Source of the DNA: an uncultured Chloroflexia bacterium
GTDB taxonomy: Bacteria > Chloroflexota > Limnocylindria > QHBO01
Reading direction: 5' to 3'
DNA length: 64,000 bases
NCBI GenBank assembly: GCA_963827475.1
Contig: CAWHAZ010000004.1
Location: 201,312 to 265,311 of the forward strand
Shown here: positions 31,464 to 43,835 of the stretch, one piece after another
Layout: every line of letters starts with the position of its first letter
How positions within the stretch are numbered: the first letter of the stretch is position 1
Made by a program: the position numbers and the translations under genes
Notes under the pieces: generated by a model
Told to the model about the DNA's origin: nothing
Database searches by the model: none
Seen by the model: only the letters and a program-made list of their open reading frames with translations

Positions 31464-32213
31464 ATGGCGATCGGCCTGTTGGCGTTCATGCTGACCCGAT
31501 CCTGGTCGGTGACCGACGGCGACGCCTACTGGAATGCCGCCATCCGTCTTCGAGATGGCCTGCCGCTCTACCGGAACTCGGGAATCAAGACCTCCCGACG
31601 ACATATCGATACGCTCCCGTGGCTGGCCTGGCTTGTGGATGCCTCTGACGCTCTTGCCCCATGACTTCGCGATCGCGACCTGGCAGGTGTTCCTCTTCGG
31701 GATGCACAGCGGTGGCCTGTATTCCCGCGATCCGACGCGGCGAATGGCTCCTTGCGGCGATTTCGTGGTTCCGTCCTTGCCTGGTCGGCCCAAGGGGGAA
31801 ACGTGCACGCGGCACTTGATCGCTCTCCTCGTGTATGGAGTCGGTTCTCGCTGGGGACCGCTGGCGATCGGTATTGCGGCGAGCTTGAAGGTCTTCCCTA
31901 TCGGGTACGCCGCTGGTGTACCTCGTGCGTCGGGAGTGGGGAAAGGCGCTGGCCTCGCTGTAGCGATTGCCGTCGTGCTGCTGGGCTGCCGGCGCTCGCG
32001 TACGGACTGGCGCGAACTATCCCGTGGGACATCGGGAACCCGTCAGCTCTGTGGAACGTCCATCCTGGCGGCTGGTGCCGGAGTTGTCCTCGCCGCCTAT
32101 GTTCCTGGTGTGGCGACGAAGCACTGGCGTTCGGCTTCGTGTTCGTCACGTTCGGGACCTTACGGTTCATCGCCTACGACCTCGGCTACCTCCTGCTCGG
32201 ATCAGGGCGATAG
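31464..32213 (+). CDS. GT87/DUF2029-like glycosyltransferase (frameshifted)
   Basis: DGDAYW.AA.RLR.G.PLY, GNVH, IAASLKVFP. Confidence 0.7.
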
Positions 32214-32368
32214 TCACGTGCGGTGCGACGCTCGATCCGACGGGGCTCCGAACGTAGCGACGAACCCAAGCGCCCGCGACAGAGTCGGCGTAAGGGAGCG
32301 TTGATCGATGGAGCTGTTGCCCGCCCGCCGCGGGCCTCGGATTTGCTGAGCCGCCCGACCGCGTCTCA

Positions 32369-33234
32369 TTGTTGCGGTACACGGCGCTCCTGCTGTACGC
32401 GGCAGCGAACGTTCTCCTCCTCCTGGCCTTGATACCGGCCCCGAACGCCGACTGGGCCACGACGTGGTGGCAGCTGTCGACGTGGATCGCGGACGGAGAG
32501 CTGTACGCGCACACATGGCGGTACTCACCGTTGGCGCTGCCGATCATGGAGCCGATCATTCGCGCAGGGCCCCTCGCCCTGATCGGCCTGCAGCGCGGGC
32601 GCGATCGCGCTGCTCGCGCCGCTCGGACGAGTCGTTGTCTACGGAGTCGGCCTGTCGGCGTTCGTGTGGATCGACATCGTGGCCGGCAACACGTTCACCT
32701 TCGTCGTAGTTGCCGCCGCCTTCGCCCTTCGTGGCTCGCGCTTCGGAGCTCTCGCGTTTCTCGCCCTCACTGCCCTGATGCCACGTCCAGTCCAGATTCC
32801 ACTTGCGCTCTGGCTTCTGTGGACAAGACCCGACGACGCGGTGGCCGTTCGCCGCCTTGGCTCTCCTCACGCTGGCATTCAGCCTGGGGACCGGACTGCT
32901 TGTTCCGTGGCTCGGTGCGCTCATGGGCTCGACATCGGAGGTTGCGGCGGCGTACTCGATTGGTCCCGGGGCAGTCCTCGGCAGTGCTTGGCTCTTGGTC
33001 GGCATTCCACTGGCAGCGATCCTGGCCCTGCGCGGCTGGCCGGCGATGGCTGGGTTGGCGCTTTCGCCGTATCTGCTCCCTCAGTATCTGGCGCTGGGGG
33101 TAGCCGAGATTGCATGCTGGCTTTCACGGCCACAAGGGAGTCGGCTCGCCCCGGTTCAGATGGCGCGGGCGGTGGAGGCCATTCCGATAGGAGTCGGCGA
33201 AGCATTACCCGATGGATCACGCGCGCCCGGTTAG
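32369..33234 (+). CDS. GT87/DUF2029-like glycosyltransferase (frameshifted)
   Basis: PAPNADWATTWW, WRYSP, WIDIVAGNTFTF, MPRPVQIPL, LSPYLLPQY. Confidence 0.7.
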
Positions 33235-34794
33235 GGCTGCGTCGGATCGCACATAGGGGATGTGGCGGCGGGGGCCCTCACCGGCGCCGCCAGACCGCGG
33301 AGATCGGATCCTCGATAGACCAGTGTGCCAATCTGGGCTCGCGTCCAGCCACGCTCCGAGGTCTGAGCGCTGAGGCGAACACGACGTAGTCGACCTCGTA
33401 TCGGTCGAGGACCGCCTGCGGGTCGCCGCGATGCCGATGACGTCGGCGTATCCGTCAGGAGCTCGTCGCTGTAGATGTCCTGCGCGCGCCCGTCCACGAA
33501 GACCAGGTGGCCCGGTCGCTCGTGGATCAGGTAGCCGCCCCACTCGTACCGGTTGAAGACCCGCTCGCCGGGCTGTCTCGGCATTCAGCCACGCGACGGC
33601 GCCGGCGGGAAATGCGCCGGCCTCGGCGCCGCCTGGGCGGCGGCGTCACCTTGGCCAGCGACACCCCAACCCCGAGGATGACCAGCAGGGCGGCAAGGGC
33701 GAGGTGGAGCGGTGATCTAGAGCCCCTCGCGCGGGACCGTGAGGTTGTCGAGCTTCGGCGTGGACCATCGGCCGAATCGTGACGCGGCCAGACCGGGCTC
33801 GAGGTTGATGGCGGCCACGACCGCGACCAGCGGGCCCATGAGCAGCAGGAAGCGCAACGCGAACAGCGGCATCAGGCCAGGCCGATGACGATCAGCGCAT
33901 CGGACAGGCGCAGCTTGCGGCGGAGGTTGGTCAGGGTCGGGACGACCGCCACGAGCAGGAACGCCAGGTACGCCGGCCAAGAGGCGCGGGTCGTCGGTCA
34001 CCGGGAACCACTCGTGGATGTACAGGTTGATCACCGAGTTGCCGATGGCGTGCAGCGGGATAGCCCCAGAGCGCCGTCCCGTTGGGGTTCAACGCCAGCG
34101 CGCCGAAGGCAACGATCAGGGCGAGGCCCAGGTCGCGCAGCTGGCGCGGTTCCAGCGGTCCCGGGGAGACAGACCGATGGAGAAGCCGATCCCCGGCTTC
34201 TCCCACCAGGACCGCCCCGCCAAGGAGGAACAGCATCGGCCAGCCGGCGTGGAGGTTGGCCCACGCCGCCGCGACGAACGGAAGGGCCACGACCCAGCGC
34301 CGCTGCCGGTCGACCAGGTAGCGGGCGAGGAGCCACAGGACGACAGCGCTGAGCAGCAGGTCGACGATCTGGACGCGGACGCCCAGCACCGGCGCGGCCA
34401 GGATCAGGCCGAGGGTCAGCCACACGATCCGCCACGCCCAGCGCACAGCCGGGTTGCGGACGCCGATCGTCCGCCACAGGACGGCGAAGGCGGCCACCAC
34501 CAGCAGGCCGAACGTGAGCGACAGGACGGTCTCGCCCAGCGGGTCGGTGCCGCGGATGGCCGCCATGGCGGCGTTCGTGAGCCAGTCCTGGCTGATCCAC
34601 GGCGTGCCGAAGGCGGTGAAGCTCCACGAATCTGCCCGCGGCACGGCGCCGGTGGCGAGGATCTCCTCGCCCGCGCGCAGGTGCCACCACACGTCGCCGT
34701 CGATGAGCGGCCACGTGGCGCTGGGAAGGACTGCGGCCATGAAGAACGCGATGACTGCGATGCCCGACGCCGCGAGGCCGCGGGCGATGAACAT
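33231..34794 (-). CDS. Polytopic GT-C-like membrane protein (frameshifted)
   Basis: D.WWHL..G..I...G.VP..D..SFT, W..QDWL, WANLH, EW.P, Y.WGGYL, VFVDGR; paralog of 36970..38445. Confidence 0.7.
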
Positions 34795-34881
34795 GGCGCG
34801 GAGTCTAGGGGCGCACCGCGCCCCGAAACCCTGCCCATTCGTACCGCTGGTCGGCCTCGCCGCCGGTGCTAGCCTCGCGCG

Positions 34882-35798
34882 GTGCAGCGATCGCGCCTGG
34901 CCTGGGGCGTCCTCATCGGCCTCTACCTGGCGCTCGGCCTCGCCGGCGCGATCTACCTCGCCGGGACCACCGTCATCGGCCAGGACCTGGCGACCTACCA
35001 GCGGGCGGGGGACCTGCTGTGGTCGGGCCAGAACCCGTACTCGGGCCAGTCGGACCTGGGGCAGGAGAACCAGTATCGGTATCCGCCCCTGCTGGCCATG
35101 GTCATCCCGATCCTCGGCTGGCCGCCGCTGTGGTACGGCCTGCTGGCCCTCGCCACCGCGGCCACGATCTGGCTCTGGTACCGGACCGCCGGCCTGCCCG
35201 GCCTGCTCGTGCCGGCGCTGCTGGTCGGGGCCTGGGGCCAGCAGCTGCTGAACGGCAACTCGCAGGCCATCGTGGTCTGGCTGCTGGCCATCACTCCGCT
35301 CGCGATTCGAGTCGGGCGAATCGCCGAATCCGGCGTCAGCCCGCCGTCGGCCCGGTCGCGCTGGCGGTGGCCACCATGCTGAAGATCCACCCGGTCATCG
35401 GCCTGGTGTGGTTCGCCGGCCGCCGCGACTGGCGGGCGATCGGCCTCTACGGCGCCGCCTGCGCCGTGCTCCTGCTCATCCAGCTGCCGTGGCTGGGCGA
35501 CTTCATCGACTACTACCTGAATGACCCGGCCGCCGCCGAGACGATCCCGGGCATGAGCCTGCGCGCGATCCATCCCGCCGTGTGGGTGATCGGCTTCCTC
35601 GTCGTCCTCGCGCTCGCCTGGCGCTACGCCGGGACCCGATACGGGTGGCTGCTGGCCACCGTCGCCCAGCTGGTGGCCCTGCCGCGGGTGCTCCTCGTCA
35701 ACCTGGCGCTGCTGCTGGCGGCTCCGCTGCCGCCTCGGCGTCCGCGCGAGGCGTCCGCCACATCGTCCACGCCAGCGCCAGCAGCCACACCGGAATGA
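34882..35798 (+). CDS. GT87/DUF2029-like glycosyltransferase (frameshift ~35350)
   Basis: DLATY..AG..L..GQNPY, YRYPP, GN.Q, A.MLKIHP. Confidence 0.78.
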
Positions 35799-36777
35799 GC
35801 GGGAACACGATCAGCAGCCACGGGTAGGGCGCCAGCCACCGCGGACGGCGGCGGAGGACCGGATCGACCACCACCACCAGCCCCGACAGGTAGTGGATGA
35901 AGGTGTAAGGGCCGAGGACGATCCCGGAGACGAGTGACAGGCCCAGACCGATGTCGCCGCGGCGCACGAGCGCCGCGGCGCCGATGACCACCGCGGCCAC
36001 GACCCCGACCACCACGCCGGGCGGGCCCAGCAGTCCGCTGAACCCGATGTTGGCGGTGAACGTCCGCTCCAGCGGCTCGCGGAAGGTCCCCAGCCACGCC
36101 AGCCACAGCTCGGGGCCGTAGACGAGCACCCCGGCCACGACCCCGATCCCGAGGACGGCCAGGGCCGCCACCGCGTCCCGCGGCCGCCGGATGGCAAGCC
36201 ACAGGGCGAGGGGCAGGAGGTGCGGCTTGGGGGCGAGGAGGAGCAGGAGGCCGAAGGCCAGGCCCCCGATCCCGTCGCGGCGGGCGAGCAGGACGGCGAG
36301 CACCGCCACCGTGAAGACGCTGACGTTGCCGAGCGCGAGGTCGTGCCAGATGGGCGGGAAGAACAGGACCATGCCCGCCACCAGCCAGCGGGCGTCGCCG
36401 GTCCACCGCCGGCCCAGGCCAACGGCGACCACCGCCACGACCACGACCTTGAGGGCCAGCCACAGCCAGATCGCCGCCGTCTCCGACAGCCCGGCGAGCG
36501 GGGTGAAGAGCAGCGCCGCCCACGGGGAGTAGCGGAACGTGTAGGTATCGCTCCAGTCGTACAGGCTGGACGGGTCGTCGAGCAGCCGCTGGCCGGCCTG
36601 CTGGTAGCAGCACGTGAAGTCGAACGCGAAGTCGCCGTTGGCCGCGATGAAGACGATCGCCGCGTCCGCCAGCAGGAACGCGACCGCGGACAGGATGATC
36701 AGGCTGCCGTCCGACAGCCAGGCCCGGCGCAGGGTTTCGCTCAGGGGACGCCCGGTGGAGGCGGTCACCGCGGCCAT
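35698..36777 (-). CDS. GT87/DUF2029-like glycosyltransferase
   Basis: DF..Y..AG..L....LY, FRYSP..ALLF.PL, GNVS, KPH, Y...HY. Confidence 0.8.
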   Translation of the reverse strand: MAAVTASTGRPLSETLRRAWLSDGSLIILSAVAFLLADAAIVFIAANGDFAFDFTCCYQQAGQRLLDDPSSLYDWSDTYTFRYSPWAALLFTPLAGLSETAAIWLWLALKVVVVAVVAVGLGRRWTGDARWLVAGMVLFFPPIWHDLALGNVSVFTVAVLAVLLARRDGIGGLAFGLLLLLAPKPHLLPLALWLAIRRPRDAVAALAVLGIGVVAGVLVYGPELWLAWLGTFREPLERTFTANIGFSGLLGPPGVVVGVVAAVVIGAAALVRRGDIGLGLSLVSGIVLGPYTFIHYLSGLVVVVDPVLRRRPRWLAPYPWLLIVFPLIPVWLLALAWTMWRTPRADAEAAAEPPAAAPG

Positions 36778-36969
36778 GCTGCCACGCCGCCTGCGGGCGG
36801 ACCGATCCGCCGCGCGTTACGTGGCTTCGTGATAAGGACGGCCTATCACGAGGCTGTCGTACCGAACGGAACATGCCGCCGGCAGCCCGCCGGGATCGGT
36901 ACCTTCAGGTCATCCCGGTGCGTACAGGCACCGACTAGACTCGCCGCCGATGCTCAGGCCGCACCCCTC

Positions 36970-38445
36970 GTGAGGCTCCCCTCCACCGCGGCCGTGTTCG
37001 CGGCCGGGCTGGCCGGGATCATGGTCGTCATCGTGCTGGCCAAGGGCCTGACCGATCCGGACTTCTTCACCCATGTCCGGACCGGCCAGCTCATCGTCGA
37101 CACCGGCCAGGTGCCCACCACCGACCCGTTCTCGTTCACCTGGGCCGGCATGCCGTGGACCCTCCACGAGTGGCTGAGCGAAGTGCTGATGTACTTCCTC
37201 ATCAGCGGCCCCGGGGTGATGTTCTCGCTCATCGCCTTCGGCCTCGTCCCCGGCGCCCTGCTCGCCGTCCTGCTGTACGCGGTCATGAAGCGCGGCGTCC
37301 CGCTCCGGCCGGCGGCGCTGGCCTGCATCCTCGCCGCCTGGGTCTTCATCCCGTACGTGACCATCCGGCCGCAGGCCCTCAGCTGGCTGCTCATGGCGGT
37401 CCTGGTGACCTTCCTGTGGGGGCTCGACGCCACCAAGCCCAGGCGCGCCCTGTGGCTCATCCCGCTGTTCATCCTGTGGGCCAACCTCCACGGCCTGTGG
37501 GTCGTCGGCCTGGGGGTGGTGGCCCTCTACGCGCTGTTCACCGTCGCCGGACGCACGCCGATGGCCGGGTCCGTCGGGCGCACCTGGATCGGCGTGGCGT
37601 TCCTCGGCTGCCTGCTCGGGGTCATGCTCACCCCGGCCGGTCCGGCCGGCGTCCTGTACCCCCTCCGCTACATCGACGCCGGCGACTGGGGCCTGGAGAA
37701 CATCCACGAATGGCAGTCGCCCGACTTCCACGGCGCCGCCCACCTTGGCCTGCTGACCCTGATCCTCACCCTGCTCGCGGTCGGGGTCTGGAGCGGCGGG
37801 GCGCCCGGCTGGATGGGCGTGCTGACCATCCTCGGCGTGGCCATGAGCCTCATCTCGCTCCGCAACGCGCCGCTGCTGGCCGTCTGGTCGGTGCCGGTGG
37901 TGGCCATGGGCCTCGCCGCCCGCTGGCCCGCGCGCCTCACCCCGAAACCGGTGCCCGCCAACCAGCAGCCGGTCCGCCGCGCGATGGAGGCCATCACCGC
38001 GGTCGCCATCGTCGTCGTCAGCGCCGTCCTCGTCCTGCCCCAGACGCCGGCCGCGCATCTCGAGGAGACCGTCGCCTCCGAGTTCCCCGAGGCGGCGATG
38101 GAGATCATCCGCGAGGTCAACCCCGACGCCCGGGTCCTGGCCGAGTACGGCTGGGGCGGCTACGTCATCTGGTCCGGGTACGACCACGGGGCCCGGGTCT
38201 TCGTCGACGGGCGGAACGACATGTACGACCAGGCCATCCTCGAGGACTACAGCGCCATTCGCGATGCGGATGAGGGCTGGGAGGAGCTCCTCGCCGAGTA
38301 CGAGGTCGAGGCCATGATCTGGCCGCCGGAGGCGGTCCTGACCCGCGGCCTGCTCGACGGCCCGCTGCCCGACGGGACCGAGTGGTGCGAGGTCTACCGC
38401 GACGAGACCCAGATCCTGTACCTGCCCGAATGTCTGCCGGACTGA
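36970..38445 (+). CDS. Polytopic GT-C-like membrane protein
   Basis: DPDFF.H..TG..I...GQVP.TDPFSFT, W..HEWL, RPQ, WANLHG, EW.SP, RN, YGWGGY, VFVDGR.DMY. Confidence 0.75.
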   Translation: MRLPSTAAVFAAGLAGIMVVIVLAKGLTDPDFFTHVRTGQLIVDTGQVPTTDPFSFTWAGMPWTLHEWLSEVLMYFLISGPGVMFSLIAFGLVPGALLAVLLYAVMKRGVPLRPAALACILAAWVFIPYVTIRPQALSWLLMAVLVTFLWGLDATKPRRALWLIPLFILWANLHGLWVVGLGVVALYALFTVAGRTPMAGSVGRTWIGVAFLGCLLGVMLTPAGPAGVLYPLRYIDAGDWGLENIHEWQSPDFHGAAHLGLLTLILTLLAVGVWSGGAPGWMGVLTILGVAMSLISLRNAPLLAVWSVPVVAMGLAARWPARLTPKPVPANQQPVRRAMEAITAVAIVVVSAVLVLPQTPAAHLEETVASEFPEAAMEIIREVNPDARVLAEYGWGGYVIWSGYDHGARVFVDGRNDMYDQAILEDYSAIRDADEGWEELLAEYEVEAMIWPPEAVLTRGLLDGPLPDGTEWCEVYRDETQILYLPECLPD

Positions 38446-40031
38446 CCGATGCCGGGCCGTCGCCGGCCCGGATGACGTGGCTGCTCCTCGGCCTGGTCAC
38501 CCTCGCGGGCCTCGTGGTCCGCGCCATCCCGGTCGCCCTGGCTGACTTCCCGGTCAACGACGGTGGCCTGTTCGTGGCCATGACCCGCGCCATCGAGGAC
38601 GCGGGCTGGGCGCTGCCGGCGACCGTCGCCTGGAACGGGATGGACCTGCCGTTCACCTACCCGCCGCTGGCGTTCTACAGGCGCGGCGGCCTGCGAAGCG
38701 CTCGTCGGGCGGACCTGTTCGGCGTCTTCCGCTGGCTCCCGCTGGTGACCAGCGCCCTGATCGTGCCCGCGGTCTTCCTGCTCGGCCGCGAGCTGCTGCG
38801 TTCGGATATCGGCGGGCTGGTTGCGGCCCTCGCCTACGCCCTGGCGCCCGGCTCGTACGTGTGGATGGTCGCAGGGCGGCGGCGTGACCCGGTCGCCGGG
38901 CCTCCTGCTCGCCGTGCTCGCCGTGTGGCAGACGGTCCTCCTCGTCCGCGAGCCCACCCGCCGGCGGCGCGGTCGTGGTGGCGTCGCTCGGCGGGCCTGA
39001 CCGCCCTCGTCCACCCCGGCGCGGCCGTCTTCGCCGCCGTCAGCGGCGCTGCTCATCTGGATCTTCGAGGGGCGCACCCGCATCGTCGCCTAGGCGCGCG
39101 GCGGCGCCTCGGCCGTTGGCGTCGCGCTCTGGTCGTCGCGCCGTGGCTGCTCATCGTCATCTCGCGCCACGGCCTGGCCGCCCTCACCGACGTCCCGAGC
39201 AACGGCCCCGACCCCGTCGCTGCCCTCCTCGCCGTCCTCGCCGGGCGGGTCACCGGCGCTCCCGTTCCTGGATCCGCTCGCCATCGTGGGCCTCGCGCTG
39301 GCGCTCCTGTGCCTCGTCCGCCGGCGGTGGCTGCTTCCCCTGTGGTTCGTCGTGGCGCCCTGGTCCTGTCCTTCCAGTACGCGATGGTCCCGTTCGGCCT
39401 TCTCGTCGGTCGCGGCTCGCATCGCCCTCGCGGCACGCGGCGCCGTCCGCCGCGAGGTCGGTCCGCGCCGGATCCCCCGCTGGATCCCCGTCGTTGGGCC
39501 GCGGCTCTGGCCGCCTGCCTCGTCATCGAGGGCGTGGCGTCGCCGCTGACCGTCCTGAACCCCGGGGCCCCGGTCCATGCGCTGAGCCCGGAGCGGCGGG
39601 AAGCGATGGAGTGGGTCGCGTCGAACCTCGAGCCGGACGCCACCGTTCGCGCTGATCACCGACAGCGTGTGGTCCGGCGACCCCGACTCCGAGTGGTTCC
39701 CGCACCTCGCCGGGCGACGTCGGTGGCCACCGTCCAGGGCTCGGAGTGGCTCGGGCGCAGACGCGTTCGACGAGCAGGTCAGCGTGCTCACGCGCGCTCC
39801 AGGCCTGCGTCCGCCCGGCATCGGTCAGCTGCGTCCACGACTGGCTCGGCGGAACGCCGGCCGACTACCTCTACCTGCCGCACGGCCACCTCCACGGGCC
39901 GAGCTCGCCCGGCGACTGCTGCGCGGAGCTCCGCGCCGGCCTCCTGACGATCCGGCGTTCGACGTCGTCTTCGACGGGCCGGTGCGACGATCCTCCGGTC
40001 GCCTCCGTCCGGGTCACGCCGGGACCGCTGA
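38430..40031 (+). CDS. GT-C (GT39/ArnT-like) membrane protein (frameshifted)
   Basis: FPVNDGGLF, PFTYPPLAFY, GGGVTRS, HP, EWFP, SVATVQGSEWLG, DCC. Confidence 0.7.
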
Positions 40032-40033
40032 CC

Positions 40034-41334
40034 GTGCCTCGCTCGATCGCCGTGCTCGGGGCGGGCGCGCTGGGCCTGACCGCGGCCCTGCGGCTCGCCC
40101 AGCGCGGCGAATCGGTGACCGTCTTCGAGCGCGAGCCCGTCCCCGGCGGGCTGGCCGCCGGCTTCCGCCCGGGCGGGGACAGCGGTCCGTGGCTCGAGAA
40201 GTTCTACCACCACCTGTTCCAGACCGATCACGCACGCCATCGGCCTCATCGAGGAGCTCGGGCTGGGCGCGGACCTGACCTGGCATCGGCCGCGCACGGT
40301 GGTCCTCTTCGGCGGGCGGTTCCACCAGCTGGACTCGGCCCTGTCGTTGATTCGCTTTCGCCCGCTGCCGGTGATGAGCCGATTCCGGATGGGAATCGGT
40401 CTCGCCTACCTGAAGGCGCTCGGCAGTCCGCGACGGCTGGAAGGGGCGCGGGCGGCCCCGTGGATCCGGGGCCAGATGGGCGACGCCGCGGCGGACGTCG
40501 TCTGGGAGCCGCTCCTCCGCGCGAAGTTCGGGGACGCGGCGGACACGATCGGGCTCCCCTGGTTCTGGGCCCGCGTGCACGACCGCACGAGCCGCCTCGG
40601 CTACCTGACCGGCGGGTTCCAGCGCCTGTACGAGGCGCTCGCCGCGCGGGTGTCGGAGCACGGCGGCACGGTGCTGCTCGGACGCGAGGTGACCGAGATC
40701 CGACGGACCGGAGGCCAGCTCACGCGTGTCCCACCGCGCGGTCGGCGATCATGCCGTCGCCACCGATGCCTTCGACGCCGTCCTGTCCACGCTCCCGACG
40801 CGGCTGACCGCCCTGCTGACCCCGGAGATGCCGACCGAGTGGCGCGAGCGCCACGATCCCGGGCCGGCGCTCGGCGCCCACTGCCTGATCCTGGCCCTGG
40901 ATCGGCCCCTGACCGATGCCTACTGGATCAACCTCAACGACCCCGGCTTCCCCTTCCTCGCCGCGGTCGAGCACACGAACATGCGCTCCCCGGCCGAGTA
41001 CGGCGGCCGGCACCTGCTGTACCTCGGCAGCTACCGGCCGATGGACGATCCGGTCCTGCGCGCCGATCCGGAGGAGCTCCTGACCGAGTGGCTCCCGGCC
41101 CTCCAGCGGCTGAATCCCGACCTCGACCGATCCTGGATCACCCAGGTCTGGAAGTTCGCCGCGCCCTACGCCCAGCCCATCGTCACGGTCGACTATCCCA
41201 AGCGCATCCCGCCGTTCCAGACCCCCATCGAGGGGCTCTGGATCGCCAACATGTTCCAGGTCTACCCCCATGACCGGGGCCAGAACTACTCGATCGACCT
41301 GGCAGAACGCGTCGTGGCGAGCATGGCCGCCTAG
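40034..41334 (+). CDS. FAD-dependent oxidoreductase (amine-oxidase/protoporphyrinogen-oxidase-like; frameshifted)
   Basis: IAVLGAG..GL.AA..L, ERE..PGGLA, LEKFYHH.F, LGYL.GGFQ, YAQP, QVYP.DRG.NYS. Confidence 0.85.
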
Positions 41335-43671
41335 ATGCGGCCATCGCCTCCTGACTGCCGCCGCGAAGTCCCGCGCGCGAGACCTCGCGATTCTGCTGGG
41401 CTGCTCGCCCTTGCCTACTTCGTGCTGCTCGGCGAAGCCGGGCAGCGAGACCCGCATCCGATCATCCGACTCCTGAATGCGGCCATCGCCGGGACCCTGA
41501 TTCTGATCTACCTCGTGGATGCGCCACCCGGGCGGATCGCGTCGACAAGGGCGTCCTGCTCGCCCTCCTCCTCTTTGCCGGCGCGGCAGTCCTGTCCCAG
41601 TTCCCTCGCCAGTCGTTCGACGCGCTGCTCGGTGCGCTCCTCTTCGCCGCTGGCTTCTTCGTCGCCCGCTCGCTGCTCGGATCGGACGAGGGCGGCGGGC
41701 GTTTGCGCTCTGCCTCATGGCCCTATCGGCGGTGTTGACCTTCGTGACGGCTGCTCGGTGTTGCTCCCCCGTTTTTCGAGTGGTGGGCGCTGAACGACTG
41801 GGCGGTCTTCCCCCCGCTGAACCTGGAATTCTCCGGTCGTGCCGTGGGGCCACCGTCATGATCTGACCCTACTCGTCGTCATGCTCTATCCAAGCTGGTG
41901 GCTGGGTCGCATCTCCCCGTTGCGAGCTGCCGTGGGGACCGTTGTCGGCATCCTGGCCCTGCTCATCGTCATCGTCGACGGCTCACGGAACCTCTGGCTG
42001 GCCATGGCTGTGGCATCTGTGGTGCTGGGCCTTCCCTTCGGTAGGAAGTACTGGCCGTCCGAGCGCAGGCGGCAAGTCGCTCTCGCGGTTGGGCTGATTG
42101 TCCTGATCGCGGTCCTGGTCCTCAGCGGAATCCTCGGCCTGCTCCTCGAACGCGCCTTCTCCACGGCATCGTTGGGCTTCGGTGGGCGATGTGGCTCCCA
42201 CTGATCGATGCATGGCTGTCGAAGCCCATCGCTGGCTTCGGTCCCGGCTCGTTCCCCTGGGTCCTCCAGCTGACCGACTACTTCCAAACGAACAGCTTGG
42301 CACCGCGTCATCCCGACAGCGTCGTCTTCCAATTGCTCGCCGAGGCCGGCCTGCTTGGGGTTGCGGCGGTGACGGTCCTGCTGGTCACGCTGGTACCGGC
42401 CATCGTGCGCGGTCGGTCGCGGGCCGCCATATGGGTGCTGACCACGTTCGCGGCGGCCGGATTCGGCGCCAATCCGACGGACTTCGGCTTCCTCGTGGCG
42501 GTCGCGATCGCCTGGGCCGCATACGCCATTCCCCACGTGGCCCCGACCGGGGCGCCGGAAGCTCCGGCCCGGGTTCCGAGCGACGATTGCGTACGAATCC
42601 GATCACGATCGTCACCTTGGCCGCGTTCGGCATCGTTGCGATTGCCTGGTCGGCGACCTCGGTCGCCGGTATCTCGCACCAGGCGATTCGGGTAGCCGCC
42701 GCCGAAGGGTTCCTGGAAGAAGCGGCTGCCCAAGCGAAGATCGCGGGAGAACTCGATCCGGGCATGGCGCTCTACGCCCGCGCGCTCGGCGCCGCACGTC
42801 TCCTACAGGGGGAGGCTGTCTTGGCGGTCGGCCCTCTGACCCGAGCGACGGAGCTGAACCCAAGTGACGATCTCGCATGGCGGACTCTGGCACTTGCCCA
42901 CGAGGCAGCGGGCGACGCGGCATCGGCGCAGACCGCTTTGGACCGTGCACTCGAGGTGCAGCGGTCAGATCCGACGAACCTGCTCCTCCTCGCGAGATTG
43001 CAGCTCGAGTCTGGCCGGGATACCGATGCCGTAGTGACGCTCGCCGAGGTCGTCCAGGCGTGGCCCGAAATCGTGGCTGCGCCGGGCTGGTCGGACCAAC
43101 TACCACCCGGAACGACTACGCCTGAGGTGGTCGAGCTCGCCCTGGAACGATGGTCCGGCGGCCGTCCGTCGCCCGAACCCCCGCTTACCCAGCAGATCAC
43201 CCTGGCGGCGATGGCGGGCCGCGACGACTTGGCTGCGCGGTGGGCCGAGGAGCGCCTTGGTCCATCCTTGGGTCCAATGTTCGTCGCGGTCATGGCCTGC
43301 CAACAAGATGCGCCGTCGCTCTTGCAACAGGCGACCGGCGATGTGCGCAGGTCGTCGCTGTACTGGCAACTGGTGGCTCGTCAGGCGGCGCTGGAAGGTC
43401 GCACGGACACGAAAGCCGCCCGGCTGCTGGAGATCATGGTCGCATGGTGCCCCGCCCCCGGACCTCACGGAGCGCACGTTCAACCCATTGGAGGAGACCG
43501 GCGGTGGATTCAGTGCCGATCGCTGGGGCTACCGGCGAACTCCGATTGAATGGCCAGACTACCGCGTCCTGCCCTCAGTGCAGGCAGGCGCAGGCACGGT
43601 GGTGGTACGCCGATCCGTTGGGCGCGATTCACGCAGCGGATCTCGACGGCGTCATGACCAAGTGCGGCTGA
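41335..43671 (+). CDS. O-antigen-ligase-like membrane protein with C-terminal TPR repeats (frameshifted)
   Basis: GSR..W, W......W..KP..GFGPG.F, HP.S..FQLL.E.GLLG, then TPR-like A.ELDP / A.ELNP.D helices. Confidence 0.72.
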
Positions 43672-43835
43672 CACGCCCGACGAGGCGAGAGCGGTTGTCG
43701 CCACTTGTGAGCATCATCCTCGTCATCGCCTCCGCGGCCCAGTCTGAGGACTCCGGATCGGTTGGCGGCGGTCCTGGACCCTCGAGGACGCCGAAGGTGT
43801 CGCGGCCCGAATTCTGACATCCTGGCCTGGACGTG

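Noticed and set aside
40034-41334. hemY or UDP-galactopyranose mutase assignment
   Set aside because: Only the generic FAD-binding motif is clear; family-specific residues were not recognised, so it is left as an uncharacterised oxidoreductase
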